DNA from: Eledone cirrhosa
Lineage: Eukaryota
Assembly (NCBI GenBank): GCA_964016885.1
Contig: OZ024741.1
Span: forward strand, 351,664,001 to 351,728,000
DNA: 64,000 nt
Direction of reading: 5' to 3'
Numbering within the stretch: the stretch's first letter is position 1; every line of letters starts with the position of its first letter. Positions 1 through 14,910 of this stretch are shown in pieces. The translations under genes and the position numbers were made by a program. Below the pieces are notes generated by a model. The model had not been told where the DNA came from, did no database searches, and saw only the letters and a program-made list of their open reading frames with translations.

Positions 1-61
1 GTGAGAAGAGAATCCCTCAGGCACAATATCCAGAAGCAACTGCTTCTCTCTCTCGCTCTCA

Positions 62-149
<88 letters not shown>

Positions 150-153
<4 letters not shown>

Positions 154-597
154 GAATAATCGAGTATCGGAAAATCAGCTCACGAATTTACGATAAACAA
201 ATCCGACATGAGTGGCAGAGGGCTCAATAATTCAGATAACTCAGAGCTATAACTATCGTTAAGATACCAACACACAAAGAATATGCCTAAAATCACCCGT
301 GCAGCCGAAAAATAACGACCAGGAAGATTCGGGTCACTCAGATAAAATATCAATAAATCAATAATTTATATGAATGTAAAAACTTACCCGGACCCACTAT
401 ATATATATATATATATATATGACCCGAATTTTCCTGGTCGTTTTTTCGGCTGTGCGAATGATTTTAAACATTGTCTCTATGTGTTGGTATTTAAACGATA
501 GTTATAGCTTTGGTTTATCCAAACTATTGAGCCCTTTGCCATGCATTTCGAAGATTGTGTTTCGTTATTTCGTGGGCCGAGATTCCGATTCTCGATA

Positions 598-605
<8 letters not shown>
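150..605. repeat. (TA)n-flanked diverged inverted repeat, arms about 185 bp
   Basis: 154-336 is the reverse complement of 420-600 (e.g. aacgaccaggaagattcgggtca / tgacccgaattttcctggtcgtt). Confidence 0.8.
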
Positions 606-656
<51 letters not shown>

Positions 657-2108
657 TATATACATATATATATATGTGTGTTTGTGTGTGTATCAGAATG
701 GATACAGTAAAAACCTGTCAGACAATTACTCCCCAGAGTACTCGATACTTGGGGTGGTAGAGTGTGGTAATATGAAGGATGCGAGACCCCGACGGCTGAC
801 TTCCTGCCGTTTCAACAGCTATTATACGGGGGGGGGGGGGGGGGGTCAGCTACCAATAAAAAACATGCACCTGTTGGTTTTCACTTCAATTTATTGCAAA
901 TTTCCGGTTGGTTGGTTTAATAACCGGGTGGTTGTTTATTTATTGTCAAAGATCTTTGTCACACATTCTGTGATGGTGTAGGATAGAACAAAGGAGAGAC
1001 ACAAAATAACAAATTAGTCACTGGGGTGGTCACAGAATGTGGATGAACTCCATTATAGGTAAAATATACTTTCTCGGTTTTGCCTGTAAAATCTGTCCAG
1101 TGATTCTTTCCTGAGACATTCTAACCACATGCCTGTAGTATCGAAGCTGTGATCTCTCAATTCAGAGAAGTAGCGGCTCTACCTGGAGTGACTCTTTGAT
1201 CTCCGAGCTACGCAATCTATCGAGTAACATTACGCCAAAGATCCTTGTAAATTTCCTGTTATTTGCCTTGGCTTGTCACTGGACACATAGCTGTGGGGAT
1301 GGAGGGGGTGCTATGTGTGTAGCACAAGCACGTAGCATTGCCATCTGTATGTGAAGATATTTCTTCACAAGTCCCACAGCAGTGGATGAGTGGCAACGTG
1401 TGCAGACATGACCACATCAGTCACAAATCTACACGTGGGCAGTTCTAATCTTATCCTAATGTCACTGCATGGTGTATCAGAAGATATAAGTGATCTTCAG
1501 ACATTTTCTGGCAACTCGTCCAAGGACCTAGACTGTATTTCTCTAAAAAGTGTTCTTCGCCTTCATCGACCAGGTCCCAAACCCAGACTAATTAGGCTGT
1601 CATTTGCAAGCTGTACCATTTAACATCTGATAAGGCTAGGCGTGAAAATTGAATTACCTTTCGAACTCATCCTGGCTTACCACCATACACCCAAAGCTAC
1701 GTGGTGTAGCATCCTTAAATCGCAATTCAGCACCACATGAAAGTTTTAGCGAACGCGACGATGGATAGATATGGTGAGACGTGGAAAAGGGATACCATCT
1801 GGTCTGAGCATATTGTACCCACAATAGTTGACAATGAAAAAGCTGTGGAAAAATAAACAAGAACAACCTGTCGTCCCCTATATAGCATCATAAGCTGAAA
1901 TCCAGATACAAATTATTGTCCTTAAATGCTCGTAGTTTATGCAACAAGATCCATTTTTCATACTTATGTCAAAAGTATTGACACCCATTTCTTTAGTCAA
2001 TTATTTTATGTACTAATCATGGACTTTTGGCTACCTGTTATAATGCACCCGAACACTGTACACAATAACTTACATTTTATTATTCTATATATGTGTGTGC
2101 GCGCACGC

Positions 2109-2150
<42 letters not shown>

Positions 2151-2694
2151 AGTCCATATTATTATTTTCTGTTTTTACTATTTTTCTTCTTTCTATATTT
2201 GTTTCTCCTTTAGCTAAGTCCTCGTGCCCTGTTCTCTCCTTTCTTTGTCAGTTGATGTACTTTGGATACCTTTTCGTTTTTATTTCTGTAATTTGCCGAA
2301 AGGCATAAATTGTCCTGTCTTTGTCTCTACCAGTTTTGTTACGTCCCAATGTGCACTGGAATGAATAGTATCAACTTTAATAAACCGAAACTGCGATGAT
2401 TGCCAGAGGTTGAATGAGGAGATGGAACTCTCCGTTTCTCTATTATTTTTTCCATTCTTTTTGTCCTGTGCTTCCTTCTGTTCTGAATTCATATTCTAAA
2501 GACTCAACCATGCAGGCTTTTATGAAAATATATATAAAGTAGTATAGTTAATATGAAGCATTGTGAGGCATTTAATAATTGATGAGTTCCTCAGAAAACC
2601 GGTACAATGCGTTAGAAATATATAAGGGGCAGAGGATGATAAATAAAATAAAATAATGTTGTTTTGTTTTTTATCCGGTATATTTCAACATAAT

Positions 2695-2880
2695 TGATTC
2701 TACTTTAGACACAAGGCCAGCAATTAAACAGTGCATTACTGGTACTTTATTTTATCGACCCCGTAAGGATGAAAGGCAAAGTCAACCTCGGCGGGATTTG
2801 AACTCAGATCGTAAAGGGACGTAACTATGCTGGAAAGCATGGCGTCCGACCCTCTACCGATACTGCCAATCCACCGCCCT
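2695..2880 (-). mobile_element. tRNA-derived SINE family 1 (Nin-domain-like core)
   Basis: B-box GAGTTCAAATCC; core GCCTTTCATCCTTACGGGGTCGATAAAATAAAGTACCAG; TSD tatatttca(a/g)cataat. About 20 copies in the window, e.g. 3571-3790, 6078-6222, 6664-7010, 41262-41441, 50270-50385. Confidence 0.85.
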
Positions 2881-3961
2881 TATATATTTCAGCATAATGT
2901 TTCAGAGTTAATACTCGCTTTTCAAAGGCATAACAAAACGATGCAAAAAAAGAACGACCGATGTGTTCTTCCTTAACTTGAACCAGTTAAGGAGAACACA
3001 TCGTTCGTTTTTGTTTTGTAACATACGTGTATTGCAACATACGTATTTGCAACACGTATATTATGAGGTGAGAGATGCAATACAGATAGCAATGAACAGT
3101 TATTCCGCCTGAATACTGTTATGTATTGCAACACAATAGTAATAAAGAGTTACTTCTCCTGAATATTGTATAGGGTGGGCTTGCAACGTAGACCACAATG
3201 AAGAGTTACCTCCCTCTGAATAATCTATCGTATGTATAACTATACTCGAGTGGGGTTCGAAAATCGATAATTTTTCTAGGTTGTCTCCCTTGATTAAAAA
3301 AAAAAAACAGAATTAGTTCAGTTTACATATTGAGACCCCCAACTCATTCTATTTATTTTATAACGTTTAGGATTTTTAGTAATGTTCTTGTTTTGTCATG
3401 TATAATGCTTTTTAATGTCTAAAGAAAATTAATTGCCGGAGGAAGATTAGCAAAATTTAATAAGTGCAGGAGGGGGGGAGCCTGAACATTTAATGGTGAG
3501 AGGTGGTGGGCATTATTCGAGACACGAGCGTAGCTGAACTAAATTATTTGTGTGTCTGTAACTAGCTAATCAGTGTGGATTGGCAGTTTCGGTAGATTGT
3601 CGGACACCACGCTTTGCAGCATAGAGTTACGCCCCTTTATGATCTGAGTTCAAATCCCGCCGAGGTTAACTTTGCCTTTCATTCTTACGGGGTCGATAAA
3701 ATAAACCACCAGTAACGTACTGGGGGTCGATTTAATCGACTTTCCCCTCCCCCCAAATTACTGGCCTTGTGCCTATACTAGAAATCATTATTTGTGAGCA
3801 TGACTGTAGCTTACTAGTGCTGTGCCACTGTAGCTGACTACCATTGTTATGTGTCACTGTGTCTTACCAGTGTTGTGTGATTTTTGTGGTTTTCATTCAA
3901 CTTGTGTGGCACTTATCTTTCAAGCTTTTTCGACTTTTCAGTCTGGTTCAAATGTTCAGAA

Positions 3962-5396
3962 AGTATTGTCAACTGCTACAAGGGTAAAGGAGACGCACTA
4001 GATAGAGGAAATTATAGAGGCATCAAGCTGATGGACAAAGTCATGAAAGTAACAGAAAGAGTTATAGCAGAGTTCATTAGATGAGATGCAGTTTGGATTT
4101 GTGCCAGGCATAAGCACCACAGATGCTCTCTTCCTGGTGCTTCACAGGAAAAATACTAAAAACCGCTCTACCTGGCATTTGTTAATCTGGAAAAGGCTTT
4201 TGACAAAATGCCCCATGCCATAATCTGGTGGGCTCTTAAAAAACTAAGAGTAGATGAGTGGCTTGTGAAGGCTGTACAAGCCATGTATAGAGGAGCAGTC
4301 AGCAAAGTTAGGATTAATAATGACTATAGCGAGGAATTTAGTATACAGGTTGGTATCCACCAGGGCTCTATTATTAGCCCTCTCCTGTTTATTATCATAC
4401 TACAGGCTATAATAGAGGAGTATAATATCAGGAGCCCATGGGAACTCCTGTACACAGATGATCTTACACTCATAGCGGAATCTATGGTGGAACTAGAGAA
4501 GAAATTCCAAACATGGGGTCTTAAAGTCAACCTGAAAAAGACTAAGGTCCTAGTAAGTAGAAGAGAAAACAGAATCCCCTCAGGGAACTGGCCTTGCTCA
4601 GTATGTAGGAAAGGTGTAATTAGAAATTCCATCCTCTGTCCCAAATGCAAACTATGAATACACACAAGAAGTAGTGGGATCTCAGGAAGTTTAGCTAAGA
4701 ATGAAGGCTTTACATGAAGAAGATGCATCGGAGCAGTAAGCAGCAAATGATCACAGGAAACAAGCACTATCAAATTCTGGGAAGGCTCAGTAGAAACAGT
4801 TGACAGCATCTGCTACCTAGGTGACCAAATTAGCAGTGGCAGTGAGTGTTCTGAAAGCACAGTAGCCAGAGTAGGAACGGGATGGAAGAAGTTCCGGGAG
4901 CTGCTACCACAGCTAGCTACAAAAGGCTTTTCCCTCAAAATGAAAGGCAGACTGCATGATGCATGCCTACGAACAGCAATGTTGCATGTCAGTGGGACCT
5001 GGGCACTGTGTGCAGAAGAGTTGCAAAGATTGGAAAGAAATTAAGCTTGCATGCTCCGATTGATGTGTAATAGTATACATGAAAATGGCAAAGCATAATC
5101 GAACTGAGAGAGAAACTAGGCGTAAGAGGAATCAGCTGCAGTGTGCAGGAGAGGAGATTGCATTGGTATGGACATGTGATGTTTATGAAGGATGACAGTT
5201 GTACAAAAAGGTGCAGAGCACTCAAAGTCGATGGAAACCTTGGAGTAGGGAGACCCAGGAAGCTTGGGACGAGGTGATAAAAGAGCTGACCTTGCTCAAT
5301 TGCACCTCTCAACGGCAATGACACAGGACCAAGATCTATGGCATTATGCAGTAATACAGAAGACCTGATTTCCCACGGGCACAGGCTGAAGTTGAA

Positions 5397-5442
<46 letters not shown>

Positions 5443-5570
5443 CATGCCAAAATCAGTTCTGTATGAGCAAGACATTGTCACCTGACTTGACATTGCTCAC
5501 AACAGGATAACTCATCTAACCCATACCAGCATGGAAAAATGGACATTAAACGGTGTTGTTGATGATGATG
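3962..5570 (+). mobile_element. Degraded 5'-truncated RTE-clade LINE
   Basis: YKGKGDALDRGNYRGIKL, LEKAFD, HQGSIISPLLF, LLYTDDL; stops and frameshifts; 3' tail ending in (GAT)n near 5570. Confidence 0.88.
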
Positions 5571-6268
5571 AAAATATACCTATATTTTGGTGAAACAATT
5601 TTATTTATTCCATTTGTAAAACAACATGCATGTACTAGTATATATGCATATATTTAAGTAAATATGAAGAGACGACTCTATCTTTCCATACTTTAGTTTA
5701 TTAAATAACCTCTAAAGTAGGGGTTAGTCTTGTGGGCTCCTGGCAGGATTAATCATATTCACCATGAGGTTCTTTCTGGGGCAATGTTTTACAGTCAGAT
5801 GCCCTGCCTGACACCAAACCTTTTAATTACCTCTTATGACACAAAGGTGTGTCGTAATAATACAATCAAATGAAAAAGAATAATAAAAACAAAGCCTCTT
5901 TATCGAAAAATTTTATTCAATGTTTGGTTATAATTCCTTTATTTATTTTTTAATTCCTTCCTTCCATTTCTTCTTTTTTTTAAATTGTCTTTCTTACATT
6001 GTCTTGTATGGCATCAGTAATTCAGAAGAGATAGAATATTAAACAGAAAAAAAAAAAAAAAAAAAAAAATAATAATAATTGTTTCTACTATTGGAACAAG
6101 GCCAGCAATTATCCCAGTGCATTACTGGTACTTTATTTTATCGACCCCGTAAGGATGAAAGGCAAAGTTAACCTCGGCAGGATTTTGAACTCATAATGGC
6201 AAGGGCCGTAACTACATGCGTCAATCTAAAATAATAATAACAATGATAATAATAATAATAATAATATA

Positions 6269-6644
6269 CCGTATCCACTCATGTAAAAGTTAATACCAAG
6301 GTAAATGTTGACCCAGGTTCGTCAATTGAGATGTTATCCTGAACATAAATGTAACAAAGAGGAAATGAATTTTTCTGTTATGTCCTCATGTAAGTCCTGA
6401 TGTATTTATAAAAGTGATGCAGTCTTTTTTTGGTCGTAAGAAACATCGGTAATATTATGGTAATTCCTTGTTTTACTTTTATTCATTTAAACTCTATTTA
6501 GGCTATTGATTATTGATATAGTATTTTGAAATGTAGCGTCAATTTCAACCCCTCAAAAATAGTATCCATATAATATTCGACACCATAAATTTTACTAAAA
6601 AAGTTTAGTTTAAAAAAATTCAACTTTTACATGTGTATATGCGA
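6269..6644. mobile_element. Tc1/mariner/pogo-type MITE
   Basis: Imperfect TIRs ta|CCGTATCCACTCATGTAAAAGTT ... AACTTTTACATGTGTATATGCGA|ta. Confidence 0.55.
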
Positions 6645-7268
6645 TATTCATAAAATAATAATAATGATTTCTAATTTAGGCACAAGGCCAGCAATTTGTG
6701 AGGAAAGAAGAGTCGATTATATTGACCTTGGTGGGACTTGATCTCAGAGTGTAAAGGGTCATAACTAGATGCCTCAAAGCACTAGATGTCCAATGCTTTA
6801 ATGATTCTGTCAATCCTAACAGCAATAAATGTTTTTACTTTTGGCACAAGGCCAGCAATTACTCCAGTGCATTACTGGTTCTTTATTGTATCGATCCCAT
6901 TAGGATGAAAGGCAAAGCTAACCTCGGCGGGATTTGAACTCAGAATGTAAAGGGTCATAACTCCATGCTGCAAAGCATGGTGTCTGCCGCTCTACCAATA
7001 CTGCCAATTCTATCAATAATAATAAATAGCAGAAACAGGGAAGACCCAGATTTAAAAGAAAGATAATAATTATAAAATAAACTATATAAAAAAATTTGGC
7101 TTTATTGCATTCCTGGGTAAGTTTTCGTTTCCTTTTTTTTTTTATTTAAATTTATTTAAGGTTTAGAAAAAAACAAAAAAGGAAACAATTTATTTAAAGA
7201 AGATTAATATTGCAATTTTATAATGAGATTTAAAATTTAATTATGTATGCATACACACATATATATAT

Positions 7269-7299
<31 letters not shown>

Positions 7300-7656
7300 C
7301 ATACATACCAGTAGCAAAGGGTAACCTGGAAAGCAGGGCATGCAATCCAATCGCCATGGCGGAAAGTGGGGTTGTGCAGCTCCCCCCCCCCCCAAAAAAA
7401 AAAAATTCCCACTAAATGACCCTCCTGGTCAAACCCACATGTAATGCTATCTTGTGTGTGTGTTTGTGTGTTGTCTTTTTATGTGTCTACGATTTAGCAA
7501 GCAGCCAAAATTCTGCTTGCTTCAACCGATGCAATTGATCAACTCAAGATTCTATAACGCATGCACTGCATGTGTTGCATGCACGCACCCTTCGCCCCTG
7601 ATATATTTATATATATACACACATATATATATATATACACATACATATATATATAT

Positions 7657-7702
<46 letters not shown>

Positions 7703-7822
7703 ATATATATATATATAGGAACAAGTAGGGTCCCACTTGTTCCTATTACCCACTCTACTACCCTAAGTATTGAGTACTTTGGTGCGTTATGGTCCATCTG
7801 GTTCCTTACCACATTTCCTTCG

Positions 7823-7895
<73 letters not shown>

Positions 7896-10070
7896 TATAT
7901 ATATAGTAAAAATGATAAAGGTTTGAAAAAAAGTACCTAATGTGTTTTTATTTTACAAGTCACATTTTACAAGGAAGATCATTTTTTACATCAAAAAGAA
8001 TAGATTTGTACTTTTGTACTTAATGTTTGTACATTACAAATGAAAAACTAGTAAATTAAACATGAAAAACTTTTGAAAAGCTGTATTTAAGCGAATCCAG
8101 TCAAGTACAAAAGTACAAATCTATTCATTTTGATGTAAAATTTTTTTTTTTCCTTGTGTACTATACACATTGACATGTAAAGAAAATTCTAGGTGTTTTT
8201 TTCAAACCGTTATCATTTTTACTATATAACACTGTGTACATACATCTATATATAGATACACTCACACATATATAAAGGATAACTACTGCTCTATATAACC
8301 AAGTTTCATGCTGATAATGACAATCAGCAGATGATATATTCAACAAACTGATACCATCTAATATATGAGAATCCTTATATTTACACCTGCCTTGACTTTA
8401 TTCTTTTACTGGTTTCAGTCATTAGACTGTAGCCATACTGGAGCAGCACCCTAAAGGGATTTAGTTGATCATATTGACTCCTGTATTTATTTTATTGATC
8501 TGTTATTGTTTTTTTTCATTCAAATGTTAATTTACAGAAACATACAAACAGTAAATACCATTGTGGCTTCCTGTAGTTTGGTATGTAAACTGTTATGTGT
8601 ATCAATCATGTAGGCTACTGTGGGATTTGAAGTTGGAACACCAAGAGCCAGAATAAACATACCACAAGGCATCTTAACTAACACTAACTTCTTCACTAAT
8701 TTCCTTCCCTTGATACTTAGACAAGTCATCAAACTAACTCTCTACCACTAATACTTAACCAGCTTTTCTATCTTTCATTATTCATCACTCTGATGATGAT
8801 GGTGGTGGTGGTGGTGATGATGATGCCAGTGAAGATGGTGCAAGTGATGATTGTGGTGGTGGTGATGATAATAATGATGGTGATGGCAGTAGTGATGGTG
8901 ATAATGGTGGTGGTGTTTATGATGATGTTGGTAGCGATGGTGATGATGACAATGGATTGTCCATGAGTTTCAATGAAGAACATTCAGTTCAATCAACCAG
9001 ACACCCAAGATTAATGTGAAAGTGGCTGAATATTCCAGAAACACATGTGCCCTTAATGTAATTCATAAGCTACCCAATTTCAACCTGTGGCTATGGCAAA
9101 GACACTTGTTCAAGATACCACACAGTGGGATCAAACCTGGTACCTCATGATTGCAAAGTGAACTTCTCAACCATCCAGCCAATCTAGTTTCCCGTTTCAT
9201 CAGCCTACCTTTGTAATAATACCATCATGGAAAATGCTTGTCTTATTCTAGTGATGTCACTGTGAAAAATGTATTTGTTCAAAATCTTCTTTTCCTATCT
9301 AAAGTGGTAGTGCTGGTACCACAATAGAATGTACCTAATATACTTTATAAAGTAGTAGTGCTGGTGTCACGATAAAACCTACGCATGATAAAGTGGTTGG
9401 CATTAGGAAGAGCATTCAGCTGTAGAAACCATACCAAACTGGAACGTGTTAGCAAGATTTAGCTATCTGGCCTGTCTAGTCTTAGAATGTAACAACTGGT
9501 CCAACCCATGCCACTGTGGAACACGGATATAAAACAGTGATGATGATGATGAAAACTCTTGATATCAAACTGGTTCTGGTTTGTTTTAAAGTGTTTATAT
9601 TTCTCTAAAAACTTTTCATCACAATTTTATGTAAGAACCTTCATTATATTCCCAAAACCAGCTTAATAATGAGAAAATTGGTTATACTATTAAAATCCTT
9701 CAAATTCTTTATTTTCAAGTGAAATTTACAGGCATTGTCTTTCATTAGAAATATGGTATTGAAAGGGTTAAATCAAACCCATTACACATTTGGTATTTTA
9801 TTTTATCGGACCTGTGGAAGGATGAAAGGCAAAGTTAGTCTTGGTACACACAGAACATAAAGCTCCATAACAAAATACCACAACAATTTTGTCCAAAGCC
9901 CTAATGAGTTCATCAATCCACTATGATTGCCTTTGTCAGCATGAAACATACATTTGTGAATCAGCAATCATTTTCACTATAGCATATAATATATATATGC
10001 TCCACAAAATGCATTGAGTACCTTCTCTCTCTCATATATATATATCCTTTTGTCCCTCTCTCTCTCTTTC

Positions 10071-10114
<44 letters not shown>

Positions 10115-10386
10115 AAGAAAGACAGAGAGAGAGGGGGGGGGGGACAAAAGGTGAGAGAGTGAGAGAGAGATAATAGAAAAAAAAAGGAAATGAAAGAAAA
10201 AATAACTAAAAAATTTAATACCATCCAAAACTTTTCCTCAAAAAAAAAAGAATTATGCAAATTAGTTGTATGTTTTAAGGCTATGTAGGTCATGGGATAT
10301 GGGTGGGAGTGATAGAATGCCAGTGTTAGTATTAGTAGTACTAGTAATAATGGAGGTAGTGGTGGTAATGGTGTTACTGGTAGTGC

Positions 10387-10866
<480 letters not shown>

Positions 10867-10964
10867 GATTTTCTGGTTCATTTTCATTGGCACAGGTTGA
10901 ACAAGTTGTCCTCAGGACTAATGAAACGTATGTTTCTGGTATGGCACCGTTGTAGTAACTGGCC

Positions 10965-10997
<33 letters not shown>

Positions 10998-11445
10998 TGG
11001 TATGATCATGGCTGAAACATTTGATCATTAATCTGCTTTGATCAATCAGCACTGATCTGGTGTTAACCACCACCACAAGCCTGAAAATGGATGGGGAAGG
11101 GGAGGAGAAGAGTTGTTTATACTAGCAAATTTTGCAGTGACATTGGTCCAGTTTGATGTGGAACATATCGGACTGGGAGAGGAAGGACATCACCTCAAGA
11201 TACTCCTCTCCTCAAAATATTCTGATTCACTTTCACATGTGTATGTGATATGTATGTGTTGTGTGTCTGGCTGTAAGCATCTAGGTGTGTGCGAATGTGC
11301 ATTTCTTTATTTGTATGTGTTTATATATGGCTTGTGTACATCTGTTTGTGTGTGTGTGTGTGTGAGAGACGAAAGGAGAAAGTGTGTGTATGCTTATATG
11401 TTGCATGTTTGTGATCTTGTCCATGAATGTGTGTGTGTGTGTGTG

Positions 11446-11494
<49 letters not shown>

Positions 11495-11511
11495 GTATGT
11501 GTGTGTGTATG

Positions 11512-11542
<31 letters not shown>

Positions 11543-11814
11543 ATATATGAAATTTGAATTGGTTTAACGCTTTAGCATTTAAACCGGCCATATCCAGCCA
11601 GAATTCTCTCACCCCATTCTGTTCAAACCGGCTGTAACCGGCCGCTCATACTGATGTTAAGGTATTGTTCTCAAAATGAATAATATCAAAATCTCATAGA
11701 TTCAATATTATGTGAGTTAAAGCCTTTTCCATGAAAATATGATAGTAAATATTGAGTAATGTAAATGATAATGGGTTAAGACATTTTTTTAATAGATTTG
11801 AGATAAAATTAAAT

Positions 11815-12563
11815 TTAAAAGTGATTCAAAAGTCTGGACAATAGATATAATGAAACATGCAAAACATAGTTTCAAGTTTTTTATTTTATTCATTTATTTA
11901 TTTTTTTTGTCTAAGGGGACCTTTGTCATATAAGAGTAACTTTCAATGGCAAATTTCAGTAAATCAAGAAGTAAGATTGTTGTCAGAGAATTAGTGATAC
12001 ACAGCAGCCAAAGGTAGAATAGTCAGCAGGACAAAGACACAGACAGCAGTAGTAGTAGTAATGTCAAAGCGCTATCAGTAGAACTTTTAGGAACTTAGTG
12101 TATTTTGAGTAAAATATGTGTAACCTCCTCCAATATCAACTTTCAATAAATCAGCACAATTTTAGTAAATAACTAGGTAAGATTCTTGGAGAGTTAGTGT
12201 TGCCATTCAAAGTTATTTATTCTGTGATAAAGGTCTATTAAGACTGAAAATTTAGCATAAAAACCATGCTATGCATATCTCATTATATGTAATGTTTGGC
12301 TTTTAAATACTGCTAAATTTAATTTTATCACAAAGCTATTAAAAAAAAAAAATGCCTCAAAGCTATTTAAATTTCAAATCAAAATTAGGCTATAGCATGA
12401 CACTAATTTTATAATGTAACAATCATAACTCTTGATTTACTAACATTGTACTGATTTACTGAAATTTGGCATTGAAAGTTACTTTTATATGGCAAAGGGC
12501 TTTTTAGACAGAAAATTTTGAAATAGAAACCATGTTTCATCATATGCATTGTTCAGCCTTTTA

Positions 12564-12580
<17 letters not shown>
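11815..12580. mobile_element. Fold-back / MITE with long imperfect TIRs
   Basis: ctttgtcatataagagtaactttcaatggcaaatttcagtaaatca (about 11921-11966) is inverted at about 12452-12497; similarity extends outward. Confidence 0.6.
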
Positions 12581-12594
<14 letters not shown>

Positions 12595-12632
12595 CATATA
12601 TATATGTGTATGTATGTATATCTATCTATCTA

Positions 12633-12697
<65 letters not shown>

Positions 12698-12761
12698 ATG
12701 TATGTATATCTATATATATATATCATATATGTATGTATGTATATCTATATATATATATATC

Positions 12762-12794
<33 letters not shown>

Positions 12795-13115
12795 TGTATG
12801 TATGTATGTATGTATGTATGTATGTATGTATGTATGTATGTATGTATATATGCATGTATGTATGTATATATGTTATATATATATGTATATATGCATGTAT
12901 GTATGTATATATATATATGTATATATATGCATGTATGTATATATATATATGCATATATATATGTATATATATATGTATATATATATATATGTATATATAT
13001 ATGTATATATATATATATGTATATATATATGTATATATGTATATATGCATGTATGTATGTATATATATATATATATGTATATATATATGCATGTATATAT
13101 ATATGCATATATATG

Positions 13116-13146
<31 letters not shown>

Positions 13147-13246
13147 GTATATGTATATGTATATATATATATGTATATATATGTATATGTATATGTATAT
13201 ATATATATGTATATGTATATGTATATATATATATGTATATATATAC

Positions 13247-13309
<63 letters not shown>

Positions 13310-13430
13310 CACATATATATATATACATATACATATACATGCATATATACATATACATATATATATAAACACATACATATATACATATATATATATACAT
13401 ATACATACATATATATATACATATATATAC

Positions 13431-13506
<76 letters not shown>

Positions 13507-13539
13507 GTGTGTGTGTATATGTGTGTATGTATATATATA

Positions 13540-13585
<46 letters not shown>

Positions 13586-13605
13586 TGTGTGTATATATAT
13601 ACACA
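12580..13605. repeat. Compound (TA)n/(TATG)n/(TACA)n microsatellite of about 1 kb, directly 3' of the MAEA stop
   Basis: Directly visible; begins about 80 nt after the stop codon on the minus strand. Confidence 0.95.
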
Positions 13606-13681
13606 AACCCACTCATATACATATCATATGTGTATGGACCTGTGTGTGAGTGGGAATGTGTGTATGTATGAGTCAACAGCA

Positions 13682-13783
13682 TTACATCACAAATACTTTC
13701 TCAGCATCATCTAGACTAAAGATCTGTTTAGTCCTTGGACACACCACTTTACCTTCGTTCTCTGCCGCCATTGAAGCCAACGC
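13682..13783 (-). CDS. MAEA: MAEA (macrophage erythroblast attacher / GID9, CTLH E3 ligase subunit), last coding exon
   Basis: Translates [33 protein letters not shown]-stop, matching the MAEA C-terminus as recalled ([22 protein letters not shown]). Acceptor tttgcAG at 13785-13784, phase 0; TAA at 13684-13682. Confidence 0.93.
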   Translation of the reverse strand, partial: ALASMAAENEGKVVCPRTKQIFSLDDAEKVFVM

Positions 13784-13916
13784 CTGCAAATAGACAAATA
13801 TATGCATATATAGATGTATAAAGATATACATACACACATACATACATGTATATGTATGTATCTCTCTCTCACTGTATCTATCTCTCTCTCCCTCTATATA
13901 TATATATATATATATC

Positions 13917-14170
13917 ACCTTGACCGACCAGTCTGCCGGGCGCCAATCGTTGCCGCTGGTCACAGCACGTCGTGCTGTTTTAGCCATAAGATAACGCTAT
14001 CCCGCTGGCTGGGCGAGCAGGCCGGTACTCATTTCTACAGCTGAGTAAACTGGGGCAACGTGAAATAAAGTGTCTTGCTCAAGGAAACAACACATTACCC
14101 GGTCCGAGAATTGAACTCACAACCTTTCGATTGCAAGCCCAATACTCTAACCACTAAGCCATGCGCCTTC
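13917..14170 (-). mobile_element. SINE family 2 head/core with a different GC-rich tail
   Basis: Same head and core as 14911; flanked by (TA)n. Other tail variants at 21170-21448 (+), 52070-52310 (+), 54300-54621 (-), 62530-62710 (-). Confidence 0.78.
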
Positions 14171-14179
14171 ACACACACA

Positions 14180-14270
<91 letters not shown>

Positions 14271-14910
14271 GTATATATATATGTATATGTGTGTGTGTGT
14301 GTTTGTGTATGTGTGTAAAACAGTGATTGTATGATCTATATATATATACATACATATATCATCATCACTGGAAAATAGACAGTAAATGGTTGTATGTATT
14401 GTTATACTTTGGGAGGGTCATGTTGCCAATAATGTTGTATGTATGTTCTTTTGGTTTTATAATTTTATAAATATTTACCAATAGATACAAGACTCTCTCA
14501 TTGGAATTTACACATCAACTAGGAAGCTATGTATGCATTTCTGCATGCATGTGTGTGCAGGTATGGATGTTATTGTATGTGTGGATGTGGATGTTTTGAG
14601 TTGTATGTGTGCATGTGCAAATGCTTTGTATCTGTACATGTGTACATGCAGTTATTAGATGCAGAATTTTTGGAATGTATGCATGTATGTACATAAATAA
14701 TTACATATGTACATATGTATGTAGGTACATATGTATGCATGTACGTATTTAAGTATATATATATGTATACATATATCAAAGGTATATATTGAGTTAGAAA
14801 CTCAAAATAGTCTCTTACAATTAAATAGCTCAAGGAAAGAGATTTTTCCGGGCCGTGTATTATAATTGAATATGAAAGAGAGATAAACATAGATATATAC
14901 ATATATGTAT

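Noticed and set aside
1390-1900. LINE ORF1-like remnant (LRLHRPGPKPRLIRLSF)
   Set aside because: Too short and degraded to assign.
3571-3670. tRNA genes at SINE heads
   Set aside because: A/B boxes only, no cloverleaf; they continue into SINE core and tail.
12549-13714. Long YIYI/MYVC ORFs (also 541-981, 7454-7906, 10072-10893 and others)
   Set aside because: Translations of stop-free (TA)n/(TG)n microsatellites; no protein signal.
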